Shown piece after piece: positions 27,902 to 37,263 of a stretch of 47,617 bases of DNA. Each line of letters begins with the position of its first letter. Position 1 is the stretch's first letter. The position numbers were made by a program, and so were the translations under genes. The stretch comes from Chloroflexota bacterium (lineage in GTDB: Bacteria > Chloroflexota > Limnocylindria > Limnocylindrales > CSP1-4). Under the pieces are notes generated by a model, which was not told the DNA's origin, did no database searches, and worked only from the letters and a program-made list of their open reading frames with translations. The stretch covers positions 1-47,617 of the forward strand of contig JADGQI010000015.1 in NCBI GenBank assembly GCA_017881905.1. The letters run 5' to 3'.

Positions 27902-28743
27902 CCGTCGTGACGCGGATCGGCTTCGCCTACAACCCCACCAATGACGCCGCCGACGAGCTGCGCGATCGGGCCGAAGGCTGGTGCAGCGTCCGCGGCCTGG
28001 CCCACTGGGCTGCGCCGTCGGGCGAGTTCGAGACGCTGCTGCGGGAGCTTCCGACGACCGACATCCTCGTCGTCCTCGGCGGTGACGGTACGTTCCTCCG
28101 CGCCGCGCGGGCCGTGTCCGAGGTGGACGTCCCGCTCCTGGGGGTCAACCTCGGCAAGGTCGGGTTCTTGTCGAAGGTCGAGGCAGACGGTCTCGAGGGC
28201 GTCCTCGCCCAGATCGCGGCCGGCGAGTACAGCGTTGACGAGCGGATGAGCCTGCGCGGCCTCGTCCGCCCCGCGGGCCGGGCGGCCGGCAGCGCGTTCT
28301 TCGCCCTGAACGACGTGGTCGTCGCCCGCGGCTCGCTGGCGCGGGTCGTCCGGCTCGACGTGTCGATCGGTCCGAGCCACCTGGCGACGTTCATCGCCGA
28401 CGGCCTCATCGTCGCCAGCCCGACGGGATCGACCGGATACTCGTTCTCGGCCGGCGGCCCGATCCTGGATCCCATCAGCCAGAACCTGGTCGTGACCCCG
28501 ATCGCCGGCTACCTGTCGGCCATCCGGTCGGTCGTCGTCAGCCCGACCCAGACCGTCACCGCGCGGGTCGTCGAGGCCGACGAGGCGCTGGTCAGCATCG
28601 ATGGACGCGAGGACATCGCCCTGTCGGTGGGGGACGTGGTCGAGGTTTCTGCCGGTCCCAACGCGATCCGCTTCGTCGAGCCGGCCGGGGCGATCCCGTT
28701 CTGGGATCTCCTCCGACGCAAGGTGGAGCTCCTCCCGTCGTGA
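27898..28743 (+). CDS. nadK: NAD(+) kinase
   Basis: [51 protein letters not shown] overlap with tlyA. Confidence 0.93.
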   Translation: MTVVTRIGFAYNPTNDAADELRDRAEGWCSVRGLAHWAAPSGEFETLLRELPTTDILVVLGGDGTFLRAARAVSEVDVPLLGVNLGKVGFLSKVEADGLEGVLAQIAAGEYSVDERMSLRGLVRPAGRAAGSAFFALNDVVVARGSLARVVRLDVSIGPSHLATFIADGLIVASPTGSTGYSFSAGGPILDPISQNLVVTPIAGYLSAIRSVVVSPTQTVTARVVEADEALVSIDGREDIALSVGDVVEVSAGPNAIRFVEPAGAIPFWDLLRRKVELLPS

Positions 28744-30482
28744 ACGACGACCCGGCCGGGCGCCTGCTCGAGCTGACGGTGGTCGACCTGGCCCTCATCG
28801 ATCGCCTGCGCGTCGAGCTCGGTCCCGGTCTCAACGTCATCACCGGCGAGACCGGCGCGGGCAAGAGCCTCCTGATCGATGCCCTCGGTCTGGCCCTCGG
28901 CGCCCGGGCCGATACCGGTCTCGTGCGCCACGGCGCGGAGATGGCGCGGGTCGAGGCGCTGTTCGACCGCGTCCCGGAGCCGCTCATCGTCGTGCGCGAG
29001 GTCCAGGCGGGCGGTCGATCGACGGCCCGCCTGGACGACGAGGCGGTCACGGCCGCACGCCTGGCGGAGACGGTCGGACCCCTCGTCGAGGTCCACGGCC
29101 AGCACGACCAGCAGCGACTCCTCGACGAGCGCGTCCAGCGCGATCTGCTGGACGCCTACGGCGGCTGCTGGATCGCCCGCGAGGCGGTCGCCGCCGCGGT
29201 CGAGCGCTGGCGAGCCAACCGGGCATCGCTGGCGGACTACGCGATCGATCCTCGTGAGCTCGTCCGGCGGATCGAGCTGGCCGAGCACGAAGCCGGTGAG
29301 ATCGCGGCGGCGCACGTCCGCGTCGGCGAGACGGCGGAGATCCAGGCGAGGCTCGGGGCGGCGCGGAACGGCGCGGCGATCGCTCGCGGTGCCGAGGCGA
29401 TCCACGGCGTCCTTCTCGGCGACGGTACGGTCGGGGAGGGGAGTCCGGCGCGGGAGGCGATCGGCGAGGCGACCCATCAGGCGCGGGACCTGGCGCGATT
29501 CGATCCGCGCTTCACCCCGCTCGTCGAGCGGCTGGGCGGTCTCGAGGCGGAGGTGGCCGATGTCGCGGCCGAGGTGCGAACGCTCGTGGACGGCCTCGAC
29601 CACGACCCGGCGGACGTCGCTCGGCTGGAGGAGCGCCTGTCCCTGATCTTCGCCCTGGAACGGCGCTACGGCGACGACGAAGCGGCCGTCCTGGCGCACG
29701 GCGAGGCGATGACCGCCGAAGCGATCCGGCTGCGCGGGCTCGAGGGCGAGCGGGACCGCCGGCTCGCCGAGGGCGCGGCGCTCCTCGCGGTCGTGGCCGA
29801 GTCGGCAGAGCGGCTCTCGAGCCTGCGCGCCGAGGCCGCCGGTCGCCTCGCAGGGGCGACCGGGGTCGTCCTCGAGGAGCTGGGCTTCGATCGCGTCCGG
29901 TTCGACGTGTCGCTCGGGCGACGACCAGCGGCCCAGGGCGAGCCGGCGGTCGAGGTCGGCGGCGATGCGCTGGCCTTTGACTCGAGCGGGATCGACGAGG
30001 TCGTCTTCCGCTTCGCCCCGAACGTCGGTGAGCCCCCCCGACCCCTTGCCCGGATCGCGTCGGGCGGCGAGCTCAGCCGCGTGGCGCTGGCGCTCAAGGA
30101 GGTGCTGGCCGCGGCCGACGCGACCCCGACCCTCGTCTTCGACGAGGTCGATACGGGGATCGGCGGTCGGAGTGCGGATCCGGTCGGCCGCAGCCTGTGG
30201 TCGCTGGCTCGTCGCCATCAGGTCCTGTGCGTCACGCACCTGCCCCAGATCGCGGCCCACGCGGACGTTCACTTCCGGATCGCCAAGCGGGAACGCGACG
30301 GCCGGACGGTCACCGAGGTCCGCCGACTCGACGAGACCGCCGAGCGCGTCGCTGAGCTGGCCCAGATGCTCGGGGGACCTGATGGCGGTGCTGCGGCGAC
30401 TGCCGGCGCCGAGGAACTCCTGTCACGAGCGGTGACCTGGCGGCGGACCGCGGGCGCGGGCGTCCGGGCCATCCCCGCGTGA
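28740..30482 (+). CDS. recN: DNA repair protein RecN
   Basis: GLNVITGETGAGKSLLIDAL (Walker A), SGGELSRVALAL (signature), LVFDEVDTGIGG (Walker B). GTGA overlap with nadK. Confidence 0.93.
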   Translation: MNDDPAGRLLELTVVDLALIDRLRVELGPGLNVITGETGAGKSLLIDALGLALGARADTGLVRHGAEMARVEALFDRVPEPLIVVREVQAGGRSTARLDDEAVTAARLAETVGPLVEVHGQHDQQRLLDERVQRDLLDAYGGCWIAREAVAAAVERWRANRASLADYAIDPRELVRRIELAEHEAGEIAAAHVRVGETAEIQARLGAARNGAAIARGAEAIHGVLLGDGTVGEGSPAREAIGEATHQARDLARFDPRFTPLVERLGGLEAEVADVAAEVRTLVDGLDHDPADVARLEERLSLIFALERRYGDDEAAVLAHGEAMTAEAIRLRGLEGERDRRLAEGAALLAVVAESAERLSSLRAEAAGRLAGATGVVLEELGFDRVRFDVSLGRRPAAQGEPAVEVGGDALAFDSSGIDEVVFRFAPNVGEPPRPLARIASGGELSRVALALKEVLAAADATPTLVFDEVDTGIGGRSADPVGRSLWSLARRHQVLCVTHLPQIAAHADVHFRIAKRERDGRTVTEVRRLDETAERVAELAQMLGGPDGGAAATAGAEELLSRAVTWRRTAGAGVRAIPA

Positions 30483-31402
30483 CGGGCGGCGGTGACACCA
30501 CGCTCGACCGGGCGATCGCGGCGTACTTCCTCCATCTCCGGGTGGAACGCGGCCTGTCGCCGGCGACCCTGCGGGCCTACAGCGGCGATCTGGCGGGCTT
30601 CGCCGCCGCGCCCGGCGTCGCGGACGGTTGGTCCTCCTCGGCCGAGCCGGCGACGCGCCACCTCGCCCGGTCGGCGGCCACGATCCGGCCCAGCAGCCTC
30701 CGTCGACGCACGGCATCCATCCGCGGGTTCTACCGGTTCGCCTACGGCGACGAGCTGATCGCCACCGACCTGGCGGCGAGGATCGATCTGCCGCGCCAGG
30801 TCCGGCGGCTACCCGAGACCCTCGACGTCGACGAGACCGTCCGACTGCTCGAAGCCGCCAGCGGGGAGGTGCCCGACGAACCGGTCCGGATCCGCGACCG
30901 CGCGCTCCTCGAGCTGCTGTACGCCGCGGGCCTGCGGATCAGCGAGGCGCTCGGTCTCGACCGCGAGGATCTGTCGCTGGACGGCGGCTTCGTGCGGGTG
31001 ATCGGCAAGGGCGACAAGGAGCGTCTCGTGCCGGTCGGCGAGGTCGCCCTCGAGTGGCTGACGCGCTATCTCGACGACGTCCGGCCGGCGTGGCTGGCGC
31101 TCCACCACGTGGAGCCGGTCCGCGGCGGTCCGCTCTTCCTGAGCGGCCACGGGCGACGCCTCGGCCGCCAACAAGCCTGGACCATCGTCAAGCACGCCTC
31201 GACCGACGCCGGCCTTCCCGAGCGGGTCACGCCCCACACCCTCCGTCACTCGTTCGCGACCCATCTCCTCGAGGGCGGCGCCGATCTGCGCGTGGTCCAG
31301 GAGTTGCTCGGACATGCGAGTATCAGTACCACCCAGCTGTACACCCACCTGACCGGGGAGCGCATCCGGGAGGTCTACGCTCGCGCCCACCCGCGAGCCT
31401 GA
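30479..31402 (+). CDS. xerD: site-specific tyrosine recombinase XerD
   Basis: LHLRVERGLSPATLRAYSGDL, LLYAAGLRISEALGL, GKGDKERLVP, HTLRHSFATHLLEGGADLRVVQELLGHASISTTQLYTH. The tlyA-nadK-recN-xerD context resembles mycobacteria. Confidence 0.85.
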   Translation: MTGGGDTTLDRAIAAYFLHLRVERGLSPATLRAYSGDLAGFAAAPGVADGWSSSAEPATRHLARSAATIRPSSLRRRTASIRGFYRFAYGDELIATDLAARIDLPRQVRRLPETLDVDETVRLLEAASGEVPDEPVRIRDRALLELLYAAGLRISEALGLDREDLSLDGGFVRVIGKGDKERLVPVGEVALEWLTRYLDDVRPAWLALHHVEPVRGGPLFLSGHGRRLGRQQAWTIVKHASTDAGLPERVTPHTLRHSFATHLLEGGADLRVVQELLGHASISTTQLYTHLTGERIREVYARAHPRA

Positions 31403-31418
31403 GGAGGGACGACGGTCC

Positions 31419-32168
31419 ATGGCCCGCTACGCGGACGGACTCATCGCCGAAGGCGAGCACATCCTGGTGCGGACGCGCCAGCACTGGTTCTCGATCGTCG
31501 CCTATACGGTCGCCTTTTGGGTGATGGTCGCGATCGCCGTCGGCTTCTTCATCCTCAAGCAGATCATCGACTGGCAGCCGCTCGCCTGGATCGCCTTGAT
31601 CTCGCTGGTCGGGGCGATCGTCTGGATCGTCTGGCGCTATGCCAGCTGGTCGTTCCAGGACTACATCCTCACCAACCGGCGAGTGATGCAGGTCGAAGGC
31701 ATCATCAACAAGGTCTCCAAGGACAGCTCGCTCGAGAAGATCAACGACGCCGTCCTGAGGCAGGGCCTGTTCGGACGGATGCTCCACTTCGGCGATCTCG
31801 AGATCCTGACGGCGTCGGACACGACCGTCGACGACTTCAAGATGCTCAACGAGGCCGCCCAGTTCAAGAAGGCGATGCTCAACGCCAAGTACGCCCTCGA
31901 GCGCGAGGTCTCGGCACCGATGCCCAGCCCGCCCCTGCGGGCCCCGAGCGCCTCCTCGGGCGAGGGCACGTCGTCGGGGGCGGCGGCCGCCTCGGCGGGG
32001 TCCGGTCCGGCGACTTCGGCGGCCGACGCGGTATCCGACGTGCCGGAGGCCATGTCCCCGGAGGAGGTGACCGACACGCTCCACCGGCTCGCCGACCTGC
32101 GCGACCGGGGGGCCATCAGCGCTGCCGAATACGATGCCAAGAAGGCCGAGCTCCTGGAGCGCATCTGA
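31419..32168 (+). CDS. membrane protein with a bacterial PH (bPH_2/YdbS-T-like) domain and a C-terminal SHOCT domain
   Basis: GEHILVRTRQHWFS plus two TM helices, then YILTNRRVMQVEG...FGDLEILT (bPH_2 pattern). A Ser/Ala-rich linker follows. C-terminus LADLRDRGAISAAEYDAKKAELL (SHOCT). GAGGAGGG SD. Confidence 0.7.
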   Translation: MARYADGLIAEGEHILVRTRQHWFSIVAYTVAFWVMVAIAVGFFILKQIIDWQPLAWIALISLVGAIVWIVWRYASWSFQDYILTNRRVMQVEGIINKVSKDSSLEKINDAVLRQGLFGRMLHFGDLEILTASDTTVDDFKMLNEAAQFKKAMLNAKYALEREVSAPMPSPPLRAPSASSGEGTSSGAAAASAGSGPATSAADAVSDVPEAMSPEEVTDTLHRLADLRDRGAISAAEYDAKKAELLERI

Positions 32169-32233
32169 GCCCGACGCTCGCGCGGACGGTACGATACGCC
32201 GGCATCGTCCGCCGCTGATCGGAGCATCCGTCC

Positions 32234-32884
32234 TTGTTCGACCTGTCCCTCCCGACCGGCCAGGAGCTGGTCCAGGACCTGATCCTCATCGTCATCTTCC
32301 TGGGCATCGCCTTCCCGATCCACGAGTTCTTCCACGGCTGGACCGCCTACCAGCTCGGGGACGGGACGGCCAAGATGTACGGACGGCTGACCCTGAACCC
32401 GGTCGTCCATTTCGACCCGTTCGGGGGGTTGATGCTGATCGCCAGCACGCTCCTCGGCGCCGGATTCATCATCGGCTGGGCCAAACCGACACCGGTCGGT
32501 CCGTGGAACCTGCGCGACCGCCGCAACGGGGAAGTCCTGGTCGCCGTGGCCGGCCCGGCCTCGAACCTGGTGATGGCCGTTCTCGGGGCGATCGTCTTCC
32601 GGGTGCTCGCGGTGGTGGCCCCGGACGCCCCGCAGATCGTGTGGCAGATCGTCGGCTCGTTCGTCCTGTTCAACATCAGCCTGGCGATCTTCAACATGAT
32701 CCCCGTGCCGCCGCTGGACGGGTCGGCGGTCCTGCTCCGGCTGCTGCCTCCGCAGACAGCCCGCGAGGTGGCCCCGATGCTGGCGCAATACGGCCTGATG
32801 ATCGTGATCGTTGTCGTGCTCGTCTTCGGGCGGTACATCGGAGGCGCGATCGGTGGCGTCACCGACCTTCTCCTGGGGATCTAA
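32234..32884 (+). CDS. site-2 protease family (M50) membrane metalloprotease
   Basis: HEFFH zinc motif within a TM region. NPVVHFDPFG, GWAKPTPV, FNMIPVPPLDGS. TTG start with GGAG 9 nt upstream. TACGAT box at 32190-32195. Confidence 0.85.
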   Translation: MFDLSLPTGQELVQDLILIVIFLGIAFPIHEFFHGWTAYQLGDGTAKMYGRLTLNPVVHFDPFGGLMLIASTLLGAGFIIGWAKPTPVGPWNLRDRRNGEVLVAVAGPASNLVMAVLGAIVFRVLAVVAPDAPQIVWQIVGSFVLFNISLAIFNMIPVPPLDGSAVLLRLLPPQTAREVAPMLAQYGLMIVIVVVLVFGRYIGGAIGGVTDLLLGI

Positions 32885-33356
32885 GGTCCGCCAGTTCCGA
32901 ACGCATCTCACCGCCCGGGTGGCCCCGGCTGAACGGGCGGCCCTCGTCGGCTGGCTGACCCCGCGGCAGCTGGCCCTGTTCGACGGCATGCACGTCGCGG
33001 ACAAGCGCCACGGACTGGACGTCGTCGCCACGCTGCGGGCGGGCGGGTCGACCGATGAGGACCTGCTCCTGGCCGGCCTCCTCCACGACTGTGCAAAAGG
33101 ACCCAGCGTCGGCGTGCTGCCCCGTGTCGCCTGGTCGCTCGGCGAGGCCTGGGGACCGTGGGTGACTTCCGCCGCTCGTCATCTGCCGGGGTTCGGGCCC
33201 GCACTCGACCGGATCCGCGATCACGCCGAGCAGTCGGCCGGGATGGCGCTCGCGGCAGGGTGCTCGCCGCGGACGGCCGCGCTGATCCGCCACCAGGCCG
33301 ATCCGGCCGACCCCGTCGCCGGCGAGCTCCTGCGGCTCGCGGACGAGGCGAACTGA
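32853..33356 (+). CDS. HD-domain protein
   Basis: LFDGMHVADKRHGLDV...LLAGLLHDCAKG. GTG 32853 has GGAGG 8 nt upstream, so it overlaps the M50 gene by 32 nt (the track ATG 32811 is an alternative). Confidence 0.65.
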   Translation: MASPTFSWGSKVRQFRTHLTARVAPAERAALVGWLTPRQLALFDGMHVADKRHGLDVVATLRAGGSTDEDLLLAGLLHDCAKGPSVGVLPRVAWSLGEAWGPWVTSAARHLPGFGPALDRIRDHAEQSAGMALAAGCSPRTAALIRHQADPADPVAGELLRLADEAN

Positions 33357-33358
33357 CG

Positions 33359-34264
33359 ATGGTCGAGGCGACCCCGCCGACGGTCGTCGTCCCGGGAGCC
33401 GTCGGCGCCTCGGACCCACCCACCGCACCGTCGGTCGTGTTCGGCGAAGGCCGGCGCCCGGAGATCGCGACCCAGGTCCGGATGGACGCCTTCGAGGGAC
33501 CGCTCGGCCTCCTCCTGTCGCTCATCGAGCAGCGGCATCTCGACGTGCTGACGGTCCCGCTGGGAGCTCTCGCCGAGGCCTACCTCGACGCCCTTGCCGG
33601 CCTCGAGTCGGATCGGATCGGCAATGTCAGCGGGTTCGTGGCGATCGCCGGCCAGCTCATCCTCATCAAGAGCCGGGCGATGCTCCCGCGACGGATCGAT
33701 CCGGCCGTGGTGTCGCCCGATGAGGCGCCCGACCCGGAGGCCGAGCTGCGCGCCCGGCTGATCCTGTACCGAGCGCACCGCGACGCCGGGGCGCGGCTCC
33801 AGGCGGCCGCGGTCGAACGGGTCGGGCTGTTCAGGCGTGAGCCCGCGGTTGCGAACGCGTCGGGGCGCGCCGGTGCCGTCGTCGTACCGCGGCCGATGGA
33901 TCCGGGCACGCTGGCGGCCGCCCTCGTCCGGATGCTCCGGATCATCCCGCCGCCGCCGCCGCCGCCCGAAACGGTCGCCCGGACGATCACCATCGCCCAG
34001 CGCGCCGAGATCGTCCGGGCCGCGCTGCGCGGTGCCGACTCGATCGTCCTCCAGGAGCTTCTCGCTGGGGTCCGCGACCGGGTGGTCGTCGCGGTCACCT
34101 TCCTGGCCATGCTCGAGCTGATGAAGCGCCGCGAGATCGTCGTCGAGCAGCACGTGCCCTGGGGTCCGATCATCGCCCGCTCTACGACCCCCAAGGAACG
34201 GGCCGCTGCGGGCGGCATCCTGACCGACGCCCCGATCGACGAGTCCCTCGAGTCGTTCGCATGA
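33359..34264 (+). CDS. scpA: segregation and condensation protein A
   Basis: FEGPLGLLLSLIEQRHLDVLTVPLGALAEAYL, AGQLILIKSRAMLP, VTFLAMLELMKRREI. Start at internal ATG 33359. Confidence 0.9.
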   Translation: MVEATPPTVVVPGAVGASDPPTAPSVVFGEGRRPEIATQVRMDAFEGPLGLLLSLIEQRHLDVLTVPLGALAEAYLDALAGLESDRIGNVSGFVAIAGQLILIKSRAMLPRRIDPAVVSPDEAPDPEAELRARLILYRAHRDAGARLQAAAVERVGLFRREPAVANASGRAGAVVVPRPMDPGTLAAALVRMLRIIPPPPPPPETVARTITIAQRAEIVRAALRGADSIVLQELLAGVRDRVVVAVTFLAMLELMKRREIVVEQHVPWGPIIARSTTPKERAAAGGILTDAPIDESLESFA

Positions 34265-34941
34265 CGGATCCGGCTGGCGCGGCCGAACCGCTCGGGCTGA
34301 CCGAGGCCACCCTCGAGGCACTCCTGTTCGTCGCCGAGCGTCCGCTCGATCGGCGCGAGATCGCGACCCTCGCCGGGGTCGATCGGGCGACCGTCGACGC
34401 CCGGATCGGCGACCTCGAGGTGAGCCTCGCCGGTCGTGGGATCCGGCTCGTGGTGTCGGGCGAGCGGGTCGAGCTGGCGACCGCCCACGAGGCCGGCCAG
34501 CTCATCGGCCGGTACGTCGGGGCCGGCGCGACCCGGCTATCGCCCGCGGCGCTCGAGACGCTCGCGATCGTCGCCTACCGGCAGCCGGTCACCCGCGGCG
34601 GCGTCGAGCGCATCCGCGGGGTCGACTCGGACTACACCATCCGCGCCCTGCTCCACCGACGGCTCATCGTCGAGCTCGGGCGCTCGGACAGCCCGGGTCG
34701 TCCGTTCCTGTACGGGACGGACTTCGAATTCCTCGAGCGATTCGGGATCGCCAGCCTTGATGAGCTGCCGCCGCTCGACGCGGACGTCGCGGCACGACTC
34801 GTCGAGGAAGCCGCCGAACGAGCGGTCCAGGACGACATCGAGGCCGCGGCGGACGACCGACGGCCCGACGCCGGCGTCGCGGCCGGGACCGATGGGTCGT
34901 CGCCCGGTGTCGCCGTCGGTCCGGGCCCCGGTCCAGGTTGA
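34261..34941 (+). CDS. scpB: segregation and condensation protein B
   Basis: LEALLFVAERPL, LSPAALETLAIVAYRQPVTRGGVERIRGV, GRPFLYGTDFEFLERFGI. ATGA overlap with scpA. Confidence 0.92.
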   Translation: MTDPAGAAEPLGLTEATLEALLFVAERPLDRREIATLAGVDRATVDARIGDLEVSLAGRGIRLVVSGERVELATAHEAGQLIGRYVGAGATRLSPAALETLAIVAYRQPVTRGGVERIRGVDSDYTIRALLHRRLIVELGRSDSPGRPFLYGTDFEFLERFGIASLDELPPLDADVAARLVEEAAERAVQDDIEAAADDRRPDAGVAAGTDGSSPGVAVGPGPGPG

Positions 34942-35720
34942 TGGCCCCGGAACGGATCCAGAAGGTCATCGCGGCGGCCGGCGTGGCATCACGGCGCGAG
35001 GCGGAACGGCTGATCTCTGCGGGCCGCGTCACCGTCGATGGGCGCGTCGCGACGCTCGGGGAGTCGGTCGAGCCGACGGTCGCGGTCATCGCGGTCGATG
35101 GGCGCCCAGTCGGCGAGGCGTCGGCCCTCGTCCACCTCGTCATCCACAAGCCGCTCGGGGTCACCTCGACGACGCGCGACCGTCATGCCGAGCGCACCGT
35201 GGTGGACCTCATCCCGCGCGCGCTCGCCGGTGCCGGACGGCTGTACCCGGTCGGTCGGCTCGACCAGGACTCCGAGGGGCTCATCCTGATGACCAACGAC
35301 GGGGCGTGGGCCGACCGCGTCCTTCATCCGCGGTTCGGGGTGGAGCGCGAGTACGCGATCGGGCTCGCGACGCCACTCAGCGGGGATCAGGTCACCGCCC
35401 TCCGCTCAGGGATCCGGCTCGATGAGGGCCATGCGACCCTGGGCCACCTTCGACCGATGACCGGTGTCGAGGTCCGCGCGCTGGTCGAGGTGCTCGACCC
35501 GCCGCCGGCCGACCTCACCTGGTACCGGGCCACGCTCCAGCAGGGCTGGAAGCGCCAGCTCCGACGGATGTTCGCGGCGACCGGGGCTCCGATCGCCCGA
35601 CTCGCACGGGTGCGCATCGGGACGGTACGCCTCGCGTCGCTCCGAGCCGGCGCGGTCCGCCCGCTGAGCGCCGCCGAGGTCCGCTCGCTCGGGGCCGGCC
35701 GCCTCGCGCCACCCCGATGA
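34938..35720 (+). CDS. rluB: pseudouridine synthase (RluB/RsuA family, S4 N-domain)
   Basis: RIQKVIAAAGVASRREAERLISAGRVTVDG, HKPLGV, VGRLDQDSEGLILMTNDG, REY. Confidence 0.88.
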   Translation: MMAPERIQKVIAAAGVASRREAERLISAGRVTVDGRVATLGESVEPTVAVIAVDGRPVGEASALVHLVIHKPLGVTSTTRDRHAERTVVDLIPRALAGAGRLYPVGRLDQDSEGLILMTNDGAWADRVLHPRFGVEREYAIGLATPLSGDQVTALRSGIRLDEGHATLGHLRPMTGVEVRALVEVLDPPPADLTWYRATLQQGWKRQLRRMFAATGAPIARLARVRIGTVRLASLRAGAVRPLSAAEVRSLGAGRLAPPR

Positions 35721-37255
35721 CCGACGCCCGTCCGACGGTCGCGATCGACGGCCCGGCGTCGTCCGGCAAGAGCAGCGTCGGCGCGGCCGCGGCGCGCGAG
35801 CTCGGCTACCGCTTCTGCGACACGGGCCTCCTCTACCGGGCGCTGACCGGGCTCGCCCTGAAGTCGGGCATCGACCTGAGCGATCCGGTCGGCCTCGTCC
35901 CGCTGGTGGCCCAGGTCGAGCTGGCGTCCGACGGCGACGGCCGCTTGTCGCGGGTGATGGTCGACGGTGTCGACGTGACGGCCGAGGTCCGCGGCCCGGC
36001 CGTCGACCGGAGCGTGAGCGAGGTGGCGAGGGTCCCCGAGGTCCGGGCGGCTCTCCTCGAGCGCCAGCGGGCGCTCGCGGCCGACGGCGGGATCGTGATG
36101 GCCGGTCGCGACATCGGGACGGTCGTACTGCCGGACGCGGATCTCAAGGTGTTCCTCGACGCCTCAGCCGAGGAGCGCGCCCGACGTCGCGCCGAGGAGC
36201 GTGGCCTGGAACCGGACTCGTCCGAGGCCGCTCGGATCCTGGCCGATCTCCGCCGGCGAGACGACCTCGATCGCAACCGGCCGGTCGCGCCGCTGCGGGC
36301 AGCCGCGGACGCCACGGTCATCGCCACGGACGGCAATACCTTCGATCAGACCGTCGCTGCGGTCGTCGCGGCGATCCGTGCGGCCGAGACTCGACGGATC
36401 GAGGCCACGGCCTCGGCGCCTGCCGCGGCCCCCGCCTCCGCCGCGGTCCCGGCGCCTGCCGCGGCCCCCGCCTCCGCCGTGGTCCCGATCTCCGCTCCGC
36501 CGCCCGGACCCGGCAAGGGGCGCCCCAAGCCGCTCGGGGACGGGCGGACGTGGTTCATCCGCGCGACCGACGTCTTCGGTCGGATCGTGTGGCGCGTGTT
36601 CGCTCGGGTCCACCTCAGCGGCTTCGAGCATCTGCGCGCCATCGACGGACCCGTGCTCATCGTGGCCAACCACATCTCGAACGCGGACCCGCCGCTCATC
36701 GGGTCGTTCGTGACGCCGGCCCTCGACCGGCGGATCTACTGGTTGGGCAAGCAGGAGGCGCTCGATTGGCCCGTCCTGGGCGCTCTCATCGAGCACAACG
36801 CCGTCATCGGCATCCAGCGGGGTGCCGCCGACGTGGACGCCTTCCGGAGTGCCAAGCGGGTCCTCGACGAGCGCCACGTGCTCATCGTCTTCCCGGAGGG
36901 GACGCGGAGTCCGACCGGCAGGCTCCAGGAGGCCAAGGAAGGGACGACGATCCTGGCGCTCCGGACGGGTGCCCGGCTCGTCCCGATCGGCGTGTCCGGG
37001 ACCCGCGACGTCTGGCCCAGGGGCCAGAAGCTCCCGCATCCGATCCGTGGCCGGGTCAGCCTCACGGTCGGGGAGCCGTTCACCGTCAGCGCGCCGGGTG
37101 CCGGTGCCGAACGGCGCGCCGCCCAGGTGGCCGCCACGACCGAGATCATGCGTCGGATCGCCGAGCTCCTTCCGCCCGAGCAGCGCGGGTTCTATGCCGA
37201 CGCGGTCGCTCGGACCGGCGCCCCAGGCGGGCCGGACGGGGACCCCGTGCGATAA
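35717..37255 (+). CDS. cmk: fusion protein: (d)CMP kinase (N) and PlsC-type 1-acyl-sn-glycerol-3-phosphate acyltransferase (C)
   Basis: N-terminal part: VAIDGPASSGKSSVG (P-loop), CDTGLLYRAL, GRDIGTVVLPDADLKVFL, RRRDDLD. Linker: APAAAPASA repeats. C-terminal part: IVANHISNADPP (HX4D), FPEGTRSPTG. A single uninterrupted ORF of 512 aa. Confidence 0.85.
   Translation: MTDARPTVAIDGPASSGKSSVGAAAARELGYRFCDTGLLYRALTGLALKSGIDLSDPVGLVPLVAQVELASDGDGRLSRVMVDGVDVTAEVRGPAVDRSVSEVARVPEVRAALLERQRALAADGGIVMAGRDIGTVVLPDADLKVFLDASAEERARRRAEERGLEPDSSEAARILADLRRRDDLDRNRPVAPLRAAADATVIATDGNTFDQTVAAVVAAIRAAETRRIEATASAPAAAPASAAVPAPAAAPASAVVPISAPPPGPGKGRPKPLGDGRTWFIRATDVFGRIVWRVFARVHLSGFEHLRAIDGPVLIVANHISNADPPLIGSFVTPALDRRIYWLGKQEALDWPVLGALIEHNAVIGIQRGAADVDAFRSAKRVLDERHVLIVFPEGTRSPTGRLQEAKEGTTILALRTGARLVPIGVSGTRDVWPRGQKLPHPIRGRVSLTVGEPFTVSAPGAGAERRAAQVAATTEIMRRIAELLPPEQRGFYADAVARTGAPGGPDGDPVR
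36415..36486 (+). repeat. 36-nt tandem direct repeat x2 (one mismatch), encoding APAAAPASA(A/V)VP in the Cmk-PlsC linker
   Basis: GGCGCCTGCCGCGGCCCCCGCCTCCGCCG(C/T)GGTCCC at 36415-36450 and 36451-36486. Confidence 0.85.
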
Positions 37256-37256
37256 T
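37251..37256 (+). promoter_or_regulatory. -10-like box GATAAT, 7 nt upstream of the ispH ATG; overlaps the cmk::plsC TAA stop
   Basis: GATAATcgaggcgATG. Confidence 0.4.
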
Positions 37257-37263
37257 CGAGGCG

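Noticed and set aside
30479-31402. Tyrosine recombinase as a possible phage or ICE integrase marking a mobile element
   Set aside because: The sequence has XerD-type motifs and sits in the conserved tlyA-nadK-recN-xerD chromosomal context with 4-nt coupling. No att repeats, excisionase or phage genes are nearby.
36550-37263. 5' extensions of track ORFs (36550 for ispH, 39518 for gpsA, 33158 for scpA, 24693 for dxs, 11828 for alaS, 3960 for S53, 44360 for the decarboxylase, 17333 for ruvX, 11030 for the small TM gene, 396 for aspS)
   Set aside because: The extensions overlap upstream genes in another frame or encode R/P-rich junk. Family-typical N-termini begin at internal starts that carry a -10 box, an SD or a 4-nt overlap.
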